A DNA stretch of 64,000 bases, taken from NCBI RefSeq assembly GCF_006345805.1, contig NC_042998.1, forward strand, positions 69,998,001-70,062,000, read 5' to 3'. Source of the DNA: Octopus sinensis (lineage: Eukaryota). The notes under the pieces were generated by a model, which was given only the letters and a program-made list of their open reading frames with translations, did no database searches and had not been told where the DNA came from. The translations under genes were made by a program, and so were the position numbers. Positions 51,171-64,000 of this stretch are shown here, piece after piece (positions within the stretch are counted from its first letter, which is position 1; each line of letters opens with the position of its first letter).

Positions 51171-52311
51171 GTAGCCTCAGTCCAGTCAAGAGAGTAAAAA
51201 TCGTGTTATTCCAGCAGCAAAAAGTTTCCTTTTCGAACATCAGCAAACTACTAAAGTGCAGTAAAGCGACTTGCGTGCAAACGTGAAAGTTATTTTCAGA
51301 GACTGGTCAAGAAAAAGATCGGCAAAGAACTGGCGCCCCAAGAAAAACGATGGCGCAGTTGGACCGTCGAATCCACCGACTTTCGGAAGGCAGCTGAATG
51401 CTGACAGACGTTGACATTTGTAAACAATTGTCCAACGAGAATGGTGTTATTTTTACACCATAAACCGTCCGCAACCGTTTGAGAGAATTTGGACTACATG
51501 GACGAATCGCTAGGAAAAAGCCAATAATATCGAAAAAGTCGACTCAAACGTCTTAATTTTGCAAAAAGCCATACTCAATGGACAGCCGAAGATTGGTGCT
51601 GGGTCCTTTGGAGTGACGAGTCACGCTTCTGAATATTTGGATCAGATGGTAAAACATATGTCAGACGTCACCCAACCGAGGAATTCCATCCGAAATGCGT
51701 GAAAAAGACGACGCTAGCGGGGAATGGGGCTGATGGTGTGGACGGCATTTAGTAGCTTTGGTGTTGGCCATATAGTTAAAGCTGATGGAAAGCTAAATAG
51801 TGTAGGTTTTATGAATCTAATAAAGGATAATGTGCCATATTTGACTCACCAAATGCCTCCGGGGGCTATTTATCAGCAGGACAATAGTCCTGTGCACAAA
51901 TTCAAAAAGGTTATGGAATTGCTTGATCACCATAATATTGACGTAATCGAATGGCCTCCCCAGAGCCCGAACCTAAATCCGATCGAGAACTTGTGGAATT
52001 ATGCTAAAAAAACCATCTAATCTAAAACAATTATTCGATTATATCAATAAAATATGGCAAAATATTCCCATAGAATTTTGTAATCAGCGAATTCAATGCC
52101 AAGGCGTTGTTCACTAGTTATTAAGAATGAAGGCTAAAACACAAAGTACTAATATCTATTTCGTTCTTTTACTAACTTTTGCTACAATCTTAAGCTTTAA
52201 ATGAAATTATAATGAAACGGTCTTAAACTAATTTTGCCGGTAAATTTGAAACGTTTATATTAATAATGAAATAGAACCTTTATCATCACTCTTAAATTAT
52301 TTTCGCCAGTG
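51171..52311 (+). mobile_element. Tc1-family transposon relic (DD34E), left end missing
   Basis: PRKT, WSDES, QDN-(34 aa)-E in WPPQSPNLNPIENLW; right TIR ends CCAGTG followed by TA at 52312-52313. Confidence 0.9.
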
Positions 52312-52788
52312 TATATAAGTATTCCTTGGCTATAGTAGTATATGAGTATATAATGGAATATTCCCATAAGCTATTTTTTGCATGATAAAGTAAACGTTCT
52401 CCAGTCAATCGTTTTAATTACTAAATCAACGAGGAAGTTATGCTGCCTTACTAGATTTTACCTGGAGAAACCCATTAAAAACTTTTCTGACACAGCTGCA
52501 GGTATGGAATAATACTCTCAATTGCCTCTTTGAATTTGCCTTTATATATTTTATATATTTCAGGTTTATATTTCTATATGCTTATCACCAGACTCTTAAT
52601 ATAAATATGCGGATATTCGAATGGAATAATACTTGCTTTTCTGAATACTTTAAGACAATATCTGACATTTTCTCGTATATCAAATTTATTAATATTTAGC
52701 TAATATAGGGCGAATAAACAGTTGTACTATATATAGAAGCTTTATCTATATTAAAATCTCGTATTATATATATATATATATATATAGA

Positions 52789-52819
<31 letters not shown>

Positions 52820-53010
52820 ATATATAGATATATATATATATATATGTATATATATGTACATATACATTCATACATACAAGTTCAATTCTAGAAGGTTTCA
52901 AGAATATAACGCCTTAATATCTCATCTTTTCTCATATTTTATGCCTAAGACATGTTTTTATATACCTCTTTCTATTAACACTTTATATTTATATCTCTCT
53001 ATATAAATAT

Positions 53011-53154
53011 AAGTAGCTTCATTACGAACCACATGGTTCCGGGTTCAGTCCCACTGCGTGGCACCTTGGGCAAGTGTCTTCTACTATAGCTTCGGGCCGA
53101 CCAAAGCCTTGTAAGTGGATTTGGTAGATGGATACTGAAAGAAGCCGGTCGTAT

Positions 53155-53226
<72 letters not shown>

Positions 53227-53400
53227 ATGTGTATGTTTGTGAGTCAGTGTTTGTCCGCTCAATATCGTGTTTAACACGCCGTAACTTAGCGGTTCGACAA
53301 AAGAGACGGATAGAATAAGTACTAGGCTTACATAGAATAAGTCCTGGGGTCGATTTGCTCGACTAAAGGCGTTGCTCCAGCATGACTGAAAGAAGTAAAA
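53011..53400 (+). mobile_element. SINE family A
   Basis: Head to tail, with a short deletion through the 3' stem-loop (CCAGCATG-ACTGAAA). Confidence 0.85.
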
Positions 53401-53514
53401 CAAAAATCTCTGATTTATTTTAACCGAAACGGGAGCAACAGTTTGAGACGAAGACGCATTTTGTCGAAATGCGGAGTGGATGAAACAGCCGATAACTACT
53501 GGAAAGCTGTTCAT

Positions 53515-55392
53515 ATGTTGCCTGTCTTGTTTCTTTCGTTGTTCGCAAAACAAGTTCGTGTTCGATGTTTTCGTATTTCATGTTTTCGTTGCCTAAAACA
53601 ATGCTGCATATGTGTACGTGAGTTTGTACACACATGCATACACATATATACATACACAAACATACATATTCATACATGCATATTCATATATACACATACA
53701 TACATACACTTACATACATACACTTACATACACATACATACATACACATACATACATACACTTACATACATACACACATACATACATACACATACATACA
53801 TGCACACACATACATACACACAAATAAACACATACACCTACATACAAACATACACCTACATACATATATACACACACATACATACATATATACACACACA
53901 CATACATATATACACACACATACATACATATATACATACACATACATACATATACATGCATACACGCACATACATACACGCACATACATACATACACATA
54001 CATACACCTACATACAAACATGCATATACATACATACATACATACATACACACACATACATACACATACATACATACACCTACATACAAACATGCATATA
54101 CATACATACACACATACATACACACACATACATACACATGCATACATACACATACATACATATACACATGCACATACACATACGTACATACACACAAATA
54201 CACACAAACATACACATACGTACATATACATACATACACCTACATACAAACATGCATATACATACATACACACATACATACACACACATACACATACATA
54301 CATACACATACATACACACACATACATATACATACAAACATACATACATACACATACATACATACCCATACATACATGCACATGCATACATACACATGCA
54401 TACACATACATACATATAAACATATACACATACATGCATATACACATACATATACACATACATACACATGCATACATATACACATACATACACATACACA
54501 TACATATATATACGTACATATACATACATATATACATACATACATATACACATATACATACACATACATACATATACACATATACATACACATACATACA
54601 TATACACATACATACATATACACTTACATATACACATACATACATACATACATACATACATACATACATGCACATACATACACCAATACACACACACACA
54701 CACATGTTTTTATGTTGACTGTCTTGTTTTTACATCTGTTGATTTCGTTGTCCGTAAAACAAGTTCGATGTTTCCCTATTTCATGTTTTCTTTGCTTAAA
54801 ACGTGGCTGCAAATGTGTACCTGAGTTTGTACATACCTGCATACACATAGATACATACACAAACATACATATTCATACATACATACTCATACATACATAC
54901 ACACACACATACATACATACACACACATACAGACACGCACATTCATACACATACAAACATACATACATACACATACATACACATACATACATACACATAA
55001 ATACATGCGCATACATACATGCACATGCATACATAGTCTTGCATATACATACATATATATACACATACATACATGCATTCACATACATATATACAGATAC
55101 ACACAAACATACATATACATACAGATATGCATACATAAACATACATACATATTAATACAGACATGCACATACATACATGCACTTGTATGTATATATATAT
55201 ATAAACATACATACATACAAACACATACACCAATACACATACAGACACCAACATATATACATACATTCACACGTTTTCATGTTGCCTGTCTTGGTTTTAC
55301 ATCTGTTGCTTTCGTTGTTCACAAAACAATTTCGTTTTTGATGTTTTCCTATTTTATGTTTTCCTTGCCTATAACACAATTGCATATGTGTA
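53515..55392. repeat. Three diverged ~120-bp units separated by long (CATA/CACA)n arrays
   Basis: ATGTTG(C/A)CTGTCTTG...AAAACAA...ATGTTTT...ATGTGTA at 53515, 54712 and 55279. Confidence 0.85.
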
Positions 55393-55441
55393 AGCCAAGC
55401 CAAGCCAAGCCAATCCAAGCCAAGCCAAGCCAAGCCAAGCC
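55392..55441. repeat. (AAGCC)n pentanucleotide repeat
   Basis: Direct reading. Confidence 0.9.
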
Positions 55442-55910
55442 TTCCCTTCAGTAATAGTGATATCAATGCCATAGCGTCGTCTGTGGGCTGGTAGCCGTGG
55501 ACAGTGGCCTCAATGTCGCCCAGATATAAAGGTAAAAATAAAATATTTCCACTTTGCAATGTTTGAGTCGAGTGCTCCCTTGTACGCTCCGTTGACTCGA
55601 ACCGTGCTTCTATTTTGGCGAATTTACCGCCTCTGGTTAGATACTTGATATCTTTCATAGTCGCAAGACACTTTTCAATGGTGCTTTCCTCCATTAAGTA
55701 TCGGGTGTTTAAATATTTTTTTTTCTCTACATTGTATACTTTATAGACATTGTATACTTTATAGTCTTTTCTTTAATTTAATTTTTTATTTCGTTTGGTG
55801 GTGTTACCTAGATTCATCGTCTTTGTCGGTGATCAATCCGAAATAAGTTTGTATTTCTTCCATTTTAATTTTAATGAGTTCGCGCCCGCCGACGGCTGCA
55901 GCGAAATTCA
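55442..55910 (-). mobile_element. Probable LINE ORF1 5' relic
   Basis: Non-repetitive frame MEESTIEKCLATMKDIKYLTRGG...FLPLYLG and upstream MNFAAAVGG; family assignment by resemblance only. Confidence 0.35.
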
Positions 55911-55958
55911 TTTTTGGACTTTCTTCTATCGAAGACATTTTAACAAAAATGCTTCCAT

Positions 55959-56120
55959 AGGCTCAGGAGTGGCTGTGTGGTAAGTAGCTTGCTAACCAGC
56001 CACATGGTTCCGGGTTCAGTCCCACTGCGTGGCATCTTAGGCAAGTGTCTTCTACTATAGCCCCGGGCCGACCAATGCCTTGTGAGTGGATTTGGTAGAC
56101 GGAAACTGAAAGAAGCCTGT

Positions 56121-56159
<39 letters not shown>

Positions 56160-56365
56160 TTGTGTGTCTGTGTTTGTTCCCCTAGCATTGCTTGACAACC
56201 GATGCTGGTGTGTTTACGGTCCTCGTCACTTGGCGGTTCGGCGAAAAGAGACCGATAGTGGGCTTACAAAAAGAATAAGTCCCGGGGTCGAGTTGCTCGA
56301 CTAAAGGCGGTGCTCCAGCATGGCCGCAGTCAAATGACTGAAACAAGTAAAAGAGTAAAAGAGTA
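55959..56365 (+). mobile_element. SINE family A, full length, young (reference copy)
   Basis: A-box GTGGCTGTGTGG, B-box GGTTCAGTCCC, CTTAGGCAAGT block, central (TA)(TG)n, (AAAAGAGT)n tail. Confidence 0.92.
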
Positions 56366-57029
56366 TATAAACGTTGAAAATATTGTCAATTTCTTTAAAG
56401 AGGGACACAATTCAATTTTTAAACAATAACCAAAGCTCCTTCTCCCAAAGAGGGAAGGGTTACGGTTTACAATTATTTAACAAATGCAACACAACAACGC
56501 TTCCTTTACGAGGAACCAACAAACGGGATAACAATAGTTAAACAGAAATAATAATAACAACAAACCTTACAGTGAATCAAAAAGCAGTACTCAGTTGAAG
56601 CTATAGTCCTTTATGGATCAGAAATTAACCAACACCAGTACTCAGTAGAAGCCTATGTTCGAGAAAACAGACATTACATACAGCCAAACTTCATGTAGAT
56701 ACTTAATGCTAGCTAATTAGCAGATAATCTAATGTAAAAGCTGTGGTAAAGGGTATGTGCACAGCTCCATCTGGACTATTCCATTTCTGCACTTAAATTT
56801 TATTTTTTTATTTATTCCCATTCATGTGAAACCACTTATTCAAGTTCATGTCATTGATGCAATTTTATACCAATTGCTATTTTTACTTTTAATTGTTATG
56901 TTACGATTTAATTATTATATTATACTTTAGTTTGATTTTAATTATTACTTACTACATATAATTCAATTGTTATTATTATCTCTAATTTTTATTGTTAAAG
57001 TGAAAGTATCTGACATAAAATAGAGAAAT

Positions 57030-57250
57030 GTTTTTGTTTCACTTTTAACACGTAATACTGAAATAGTGGAGAAGATATGATATTGCTATGGGCTCGCCCT
57101 AGGCAAGAAGTTGAGCATTTGTTTTGCCCATCAAACTACATGGACCCTAAGTAAGGCATGTGTAAAATTAGAATGAAATTGGTTGTGTAGTTCTCAAGTT
57201 TTAGGCAAACAGACAGACAGACACACATTCTCAGTTTTATATATAGAAAG
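57030..57250 (+). mobile_element. Helitron/DINE-1(Lep1)-like 3' end
   Basis: GTGTAAAATT...AAATTGG...(ACAG)n...TTTTATATATAGAAAGAT layout. Confidence 0.5.
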
Positions 57251-57812
57251 ATGATGATTTCATGTACTTCGGTTCCGAGTTAGCCTCAAACGAAAAAGAT
57301 CTAAGATCTTGGATAGCAAAGGCATGGTTGGCCCAAAGAAAATTCAACCCTATCTGACAAGCTAAAGAGGAATTTCTTCCACGCAGCATTAGAATCAGTT
57401 CCTTTATATGGGGGTTAAGAGCAGTCTTCAACATACCTTGGAGAACTTTTATCCCACCAAGAAACCGCTGTATGGAGATACCTTGCCTGTTTATACCATT
57501 ACAAGGGAAAGGCTCTTGCGTTTTGCAGGACATTACTGGCGAGCTAAACAAGAGCTGTCAAGTGACTTACTGTTATGGATGCCAAAGCATGGCCGTACTC
57601 TACTCGAGCAGGTAGTCCGAATGCGACGTTTATAGATCAACTCGCTAGAGATACTGGGTGCATCCTCGAAGACCTCCTTCAACTAAAGCAAGACCATGAC
57701 CGATGGCGTGCGCGTATTCAAAATGCCGAGCAAATTAGACGAGATGGAGTTCACGATGACGACGTCGACAATGATTATTATTGTGTGATGATGATGATGA
57801 TGATGATGATAA
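57251..57812 (+). mobile_element. RTE-clade LINE 3' fragment
   Basis: DDFMYFGS, AKAW, RFAGHYWR..QELSSDLLLWMP.HG, FIDQLARDTG motifs; (GAT)n tail. Confidence 0.8.
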
Positions 57813-57895
57813 TGAAGGGATTTATGAATATATGCATATGGATTCACAAAGCCTTGTGAGTAGTTTTTGTAGACGGTAACTGAAGGAAGAACTAC

Positions 57896-57896
<1 letters not shown>

Positions 57897-57970
<74 letters not shown>
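57897..57970. repeat. (TATC)n microsatellite
   Basis: Direct reading. Confidence 0.95.
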
Positions 57971-57972
<2 letters not shown>

Positions 57973-58518
57973 GTTTTTGAAAGTAGTGATTTTCTGATTG
58001 CAGCCCTCCCGTGAAATCCGGCTTTAAGCGACTCCCGGCGAAGAGTGTTTTGGAAACTGGGTTCTCGAAGTGGTCATTAAGCTCTGCAGTAATTTTGGGA
58101 ACTGTGCTGTAGTGATCCTTACTAACAATTTGCGTAAGAGTCCGACAGTTCCTATCTGAAAGCTTTGGTTTTCTTCCGGAGTTTTGTTTCGACGAGGAGA
58201 TTTTTCCCTCTTTCTCAAAGGTTTTCATTACTTTCGAGACACCAAACATTTCGGGTGTTTCCGTTACGCTATCGCCTGCCACACGAACACCAACAATTTA
58301 ACCTCTTTGAAAGTCCGATAGATCTGTCATTTTAATGAATTTTAATTACCTTTTTCTGATGATATCTGAAAAGAAACAGCATTTTAGCAAAACATATTCA
58401 GCAACACTAATGATAAATCAAAAAACATATAAATAAATAAGCTTTTGACGGTTTTATAGATATTTCAAACTTATGATGCTATGATGCTAGGTGTTTCCAT
58501 TAGTTTGTCCAACCCCTG
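57971..58518 (-). mobile_element. Tc1-family transposon 5' fragment
   Basis: TIR TA-CAGGGGTTGGACAAACTAATGG; N-terminal transposase SGRKPKLSDR...KITAELN. Confidence 0.85.
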
Positions 58519-58544
58519 TATATTTTTTTCTTTCTTTTTTTCCT

Positions 58545-58725
58545 TTTTTTTTCTCTCCTCTGTCTTCCCTTCTCTGGATCTTTCCTTCTCCTATGTTTCC
58601 GACGAAGAACTCCGCTCGAAACGTTAAATCCTCTTTCTTTCCTTCTTTCCTGAGCGTCCAATAATACTATATTTGTTCTACGTCCTCGCGTTGTTGTGTT
58701 TTTTTGTGTTTTCTTGTTTGGATTA

Positions 58726-58727
<2 letters not shown>
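58545..58727 (+). mobile_element. Penelope-type terminal repeat fragment with hammerhead-like motif (58595-58629)
   Basis: Reverse complement of 17499-17690; abuts (TA)n. Confidence 0.55.
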
Positions 58728-58770
<43 letters not shown>

Positions 58771-59549
58771 GCAAATGTCGAACGACGACAATGAGTGCCA
58801 ATGTCACATTAGTAGATAAAATATTTTGTTTGTGTATTAAGGTTACCTTTGGTTTCATGTTAAGAATAATATCTTAATTTTTCAAGCTGATCACAACGAG
58901 GAATGGTGTTCATCTCCATATATGTATGTAAGTACGTATTTATGTATGTAGGTACGTATGTATATGTGTGTGTGTATTTATGCATGTATGTATGTGTATA
59001 TATATCTATGTATGCGTGTGTGTGATTGATTATGTATATATATATATGTGTGTGTGTGTGTAGCTGTATATGTATATACAGATATGCCTAAACATGCTCG
59101 CACACACACACACATTAACACATACACGAATTAAAGTTATGTAAGGGTATATTAACAGCACGTGTACGAGCATTCATGCATGTGTAATATGTGCGTATAT
59201 TTATGTATGTATATACATATATGTGTGAGTGTGTGCCTACCCGTGTGTATATATATATATATATATATATGTATGATACACATATATAGATAGATATACA
59301 TACATGTACATACACAAACACACGCATACATACATGCATACATACATACATGTGTTATATAAGGCTATAAGCATTTGCAGTATGTATGTGCATAGATGTG
59401 TGTTTGTATTGAGTGTGTATGTGTGTGTGTGTGCTTGTGTGTTTTAAATATGTGTAATAAGTCAGTGTCTTGCGTTGTGTGTTGATCTCACCGTGGAAAG
59501 TTCAATCGTCCGTGGCGGATGAATACGTCAATTGAATATGTACACAGCA

Positions 59550-60895
59550 TGGTGATGGTGGGGGTGTTAGTGGTAGTGGTGGTGGTGGTTTGGGCGGCGG
59601 TAGTAGTGGCTGACGCTGTAATATGGAAGAGATAGTGGTGGTGGTGGTGGTGGTGGTGGTGGTGTTGATACTGAGGTGCATAGGGGGTGTTGGTGGTATA
59701 ATGTCAGAGGCAGAAGAGTGGTAGGTTCACGTAGGGGAAGGGGGCGATGGTAGTGATGATGGAGGTGCTGACAGTGGCTGAGGTATAAATGCAGTGATGA
59801 TGGTGATGATGATAGTGATGGTGGCGGATAAGTGGTGACAGCGGCGGCGCGGAGACGAGGTGGTCGGTGCTGATAGTGGCGGAGGCGGCTGTAGTCTAAC
59901 GGCGGTGAAGATGTTAATGGTGTGGTCTGATTGTTGTAGCTGTGGTGGTAGTAATGGTTTTCCATTGATGGTGGCTGTGTCGGTGGTGTTTGTGGTGGTG
60001 GTGGTGGTGGTGGTTTTGTTGGTTGTGGTGGTAGCTGTGGCAGTAGTTGTAGTGGTGGTTGGGGTGGTGGTGCAGTGGTGGTGGTGGTAGTGGTGGTTGT
60101 GGGCGATTATGGTGGCGGTAGTGGGGATGGTAGTTGTGGTGGTGGCGGTGGTGGTAGTGGTGGTTGTGGTGGCAGCGGTTGTGGGCGATTATGGTGGCGT
60201 TAGTGGGGATGGTAGTTGTGGTGGCGGTGGTGGCGGTGGTGGTTGGGGTGGCGGTGGAGTGGTGGTGGTTGTAGTGGTGGTTGTGGTAAAAGTGATGGCG
60301 GCAGTAGTTGTGGTGGTGGTGGTTGGAGTGGCGGTGGAGTGGTGGTGGTGGCAGTGGTGGTTGTGGTGGCGGCGGTTGTGGGCGATTATGGTGGCGGTGG
60401 TTGTGGTGGTAGTTGTGGTTGTGGTAAAAGTGATGGCGGCAGTAGTTGTAGTGATGGTGGTTGGGGTGGTGGTGGCAGTGGTGGTTGTGGTGGCGGCGGT
60501 TGTGGGCGATTATGGTGGCGGTAGTGGGGATGGTAGTTGTGGTGGTGGTGGTGGGAGCGGTGGCGGTGGTGGTTGTGGTGGTGTTGACGGCTTTGCTCGG
60601 GTGGTTGAGTTTTACTGTGTTGATGAAGGTTAGTTTCAAGTCTCTGTCGACCGATTAAACCACATTGCTGTTGTGGGGCCGAGGTGTGGGGAGAAGCTAT
60701 TCTCTCTGTCTGTCTGTCTGTCTGACTGTCTGACTGTCTGTCCCCACTCTCATTCTTTCTGACTGTATGTTGTTGCTGTTGTTGTTGATGTCGGTAGTGG
60801 CAAAGAGTGGGAGAGGAGACATATTTTTCTGTCTGTCATTACTGATGTTGTTGTTATTCATACTGACTGCAGTGTTGATGATTGCGGTAAGAGTG

Positions 60896-60975
<80 letters not shown>

Positions 60976-61440
60976 AGGTTGTAGTACTCCCCCTCATTGG
61001 GGTAGTGTAGAGGTGGTAGTGATAGTGGTTGTACAGATGTGGTAGTGATGGTTGTAGTTGTGGTAGTACTGGATGGTAAAAGTAATGGTAGTAGTGGTAG
61101 TGTCGGTACTGGTACTTGTAGTGGTGGCAATGGTAGTGGTGGTGGTGGAAGCGGTGATGGTAGTGGTAGTGGTGGTGGTGATGGAATCGGTGACGCTGGT
61201 GATGGTAGTGGTGGTGGTGGTGGTGATGGAAGCGGTGACGCTGATGATGGTAGTGGTGGTAGTGGTGGTGGTGATGGAAGCGGTGATGCTGGTGATGGTA
61301 GTGGTGGTGATGGTGATAGAAGTGGTGGCGGGGGATGTAGTGGCGCTAGTGGTTGTTGTTGGTGTTGTTGTGGTCGTCGTTGTTGTTGTTGCTGTTGTTG
61401 GTGGTGGTGGTGGTATTGATGGTGATGGTGGTGGTAGTGG
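59550..61440. repeat. (GGT)n-derived G-rich low-complexity region with higher-order units
   Basis: GGTTGTGGGCGATTATGGTGGC x4; GGTGATGGAA(G/T)CGGTGA x3-4. Confidence 0.85.
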
Positions 61441-62397
61441 TAGCAGATAGACATAGGGAAGTGGCAGAGCTGAACGTCTGCTAAATAAAGCTTATTTGTG
61501 CGATACGCGGCCTTATTTAACACATGGCAAACATTTATGTTTGTATTTTTGTCTCATTTGTTGTTATACATATTGCTCACCACCCCCTACACCACAACCA
61601 CCTGACCCCTGCCTCCCTCCCACACTTTACCCCTTCCCCCCTCATCTTCATATACATCACACCTACCCACCACTCCTCTATTATCTCTTTGCACCACGTC
61701 TGGCAAGATTCGATATTTTCATCGCATTAATTGCTTCTCATCGAATCAGTGTCTGCAATAAACCGGCTGTGACTGGTTGTAGAGCTTCTGTGGCCAGTCT
61801 GTCTGTCTGTCTGTCTGTTTGGGTGTATGGCTGTGTTGTAGTATGGCTGTCTGCCGCTATGTCTGTTTGTCTGTCTGGTTGTCTGACTGGTAGTATGGTT
61901 GTGTGGTGGTTGTATGGCGCTCTGCCAGTTTGCCTAGATGTCTATCTTGTTGTCTGTCTGAATGTCCGTCTTGTTCTATGGTACTATATCAGTACGTCTG
62001 TTTATTTATCTTATCTGTCTGTATGGTTGTTAGTCTGTTTGACAGACTGGCTGTTCCCTTTCATATTTATATTTAAAACATATTTAGTCAGGCTGTAGTT
62101 ATTATTGTATTAGAGTTATAATCACTGATTCACAGCAAATTAACAACGAATTATTAACAAGCGAAGCCACCGGCTTGGAGCATCTCGGCCTCCTTCAGGC
62201 TTTCGTGTAGCTCGTTATCATTTATTATCGGAAGTGACATAGAACTATTAATAGTAAACAACATAAAACACTCACTTATGTGAATCCAACAAACGAGAAC
62301 ATGAGTAATTGTGTAACACACCATAGAATATGTTAACTAGGTTGTGTTCATCTTTGTAATATTTCTCTTTGTTTTTTTTTTTGCTTTTGTTTTGTCT

Positions 62398-64000
62398 TCT
62401 ACTTGCTTCAGTCATTAGAACGCGGCTATGCTGGGGCACCGCCATGGAGAAAATTTTTTAGTCGAACGAATCGACACTAGTACTTACTTTTAAGCCTGAT
62501 TCTTATTCTGTCGGTTTCTTTTATGCCGAACCGATAGGTTGCGGGTACGTAAAAAACATCACCGGTAGTCAAGCCGCAGTGGGAACAAACATTGACAGAA
62601 ACACGCATGCAAACATCACACACACACACCCGCACACGCATATATATATATATATATATATATTATTATTATATATACATATATATATATATATATGTAT
62701 ATGTATATATATATATTATATATATATATTATACATATATATATATATATATTGTATATGTATATATATATTATATATATATATACATCTATGTTATATA
62801 TATATAATAATATATATACATATATGTATTATATTATAATATATATAACATATATATGTATATATATATAATATATATCTCTATATGTATATATATATAT
62901 ATATATATATCATATATATGTATATATATTATGTGTGTATATATGTATAGTATATATATATATATATTATATATATATATGTATATGTATATATTATATG
63001 TTATATAGATATGTATATATATATATATTGTATATATATAGTATATATATATATATATATGTATATGTGTATACTAGATATATATATAATATATATGTAT
63101 ATGGTATATAGTATATTATATATATAATATATAGATATGTATCTGTATGTTATGTAATAGAATATGTATTATATATATAATGTATTGGGTATATATATAT
63201 ATATATATTATATATATATATTATATATGTATATGTATATGTATGATATGTATATATATATATATATGTATAGTGTAATATAATATTATATATAATGTAT
63301 ATGTAGTATGTATATTATATATGTATAGTTATTCTATGTATTATATATATATCTATATTAATATATATATTATATATCTGTGTATATATTATATGTATAC
63401 TATAGGTATATATATAATGTATATGTATATGTATATTATAGTAATATGATATTAAGCATATGTATAGTATATAGATATATGTATTGTATATTATATATGT
63501 ATATATATATATATATGTATATGTATAATGTATATATATATATATATAATATATATATATATATATAACTTGCATATAAGAGACCAAAGTGTACGTCCGC
63601 CCTATATTGTATATTTAAAAAAATACAAAAATGGGACAAGAAAGCAAGACATCCAGACAGACAATACAAGGAAAACAAGGACGGATGATTCGGAATTTTC
63701 TATCCTCAGTCGAGTTCCAGATTATCTTTGGAATTTCGGCTGGTTATACTCGAGATTGCTCCAATCTGGCCAACCTCAAAGAAAAAGTAAGCTAAGAGCA
63801 TTACATTCCTTGGAAGAAAGCAGCGAATGTATACGAAAAATGTATGTATATATATATATATATATACAATGAGCTTCTTTCAGTTTCCGTCTATGAAATC
63901 CACCCGCAAGTCTTTGGTGGATCCGAGGTTATAGTAGAAGACACTTGCTCAGGGTGTCACGCTCTGCAACTGAACCAGAAACCATGTGGTTGGGAAACTA
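62398..64000 (-). mobile_element. SINE family A expanded by ~1.25 kb in its centre, running off the window
   Basis: 3' half 62398-62610, 5' half 63868-64000; (TA)n array and a unique block lie between. Confidence 0.7.
63590..63830. mobile_element. Unclassified repeat, possibly a Penelope-type end
   Basis: Unique block between TA arrays; only a degraded CTGAGGA...CGAA on the minus strand. Confidence 0.3.

Noticed and set aside
49517-52311. Single composite Tc1 element carrying the LINE fragment as cargo
   Set aside because: The left end (CAGTCGCGGCC...) is not the reverse complement of the right end (CACTGGCGAAA...).
53443-55155. 570-aa ORF as a gene
   Set aside because: Translation of (CATA/CACA)n arrays (H/T/Y/I repeats); overlapping frames are equally open; no domain.
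55959-56040. SINE heads as tRNA genes
   Set aside because: A/B boxes are present but there is no cloverleaf, and they continue into SINE bodies.
63670-63720. CTGAGGA...CGAA on the minus strand as a hammerhead
   Set aside because: A15.1 is missing and helix I does not pair.

Overview
AT-rich, repeat-saturated metazoan nuclear DNA with no host protein-coding gene, rRNA, tRNA gene or CRISPR array that I can support. The SINE and LINE sequences resemble repeats I recall from Octopus assemblies, so an octopod cephalopod origin is an inference. Nearly all long ORFs in the track are microsatellite translations or transposon relics. Content: about 40 tRNA-derived SINE copies or fragments in four informal families (A-D, my labels); LINE relics (CR1-type, RTE-type, Tx1/L1-type and several R4/Dong-like RLE elements); a Penelope-like GIY-YIG fragment and several Penelope-type ends; Tc1 transposon relics (one DD34E); a hAT-type MITE with an 8-bp TSD; Helitron/DINE-1-like ends; and a 100-N gap flanked by a probably artefactual ~1 kb duplication. 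Best leads: (1) minimal hammerhead-ribozyme-like motifs with palindromic helix III at 18078, 29981, 17596, 58595 and inside the 16091-16274 palindrome, including a C4/U17 core variant; (2) a 3' stem-loop shared, with two compensatory base pairs, between the CR1-type LINE and the dominant SINE; (3) local inverted and direct duplications at 14.9-16.8 kb; (4) a ~750-bp SINE palindrome with a fixed multimer junction. All coordinates were read by eye and element boundaries are approximate.
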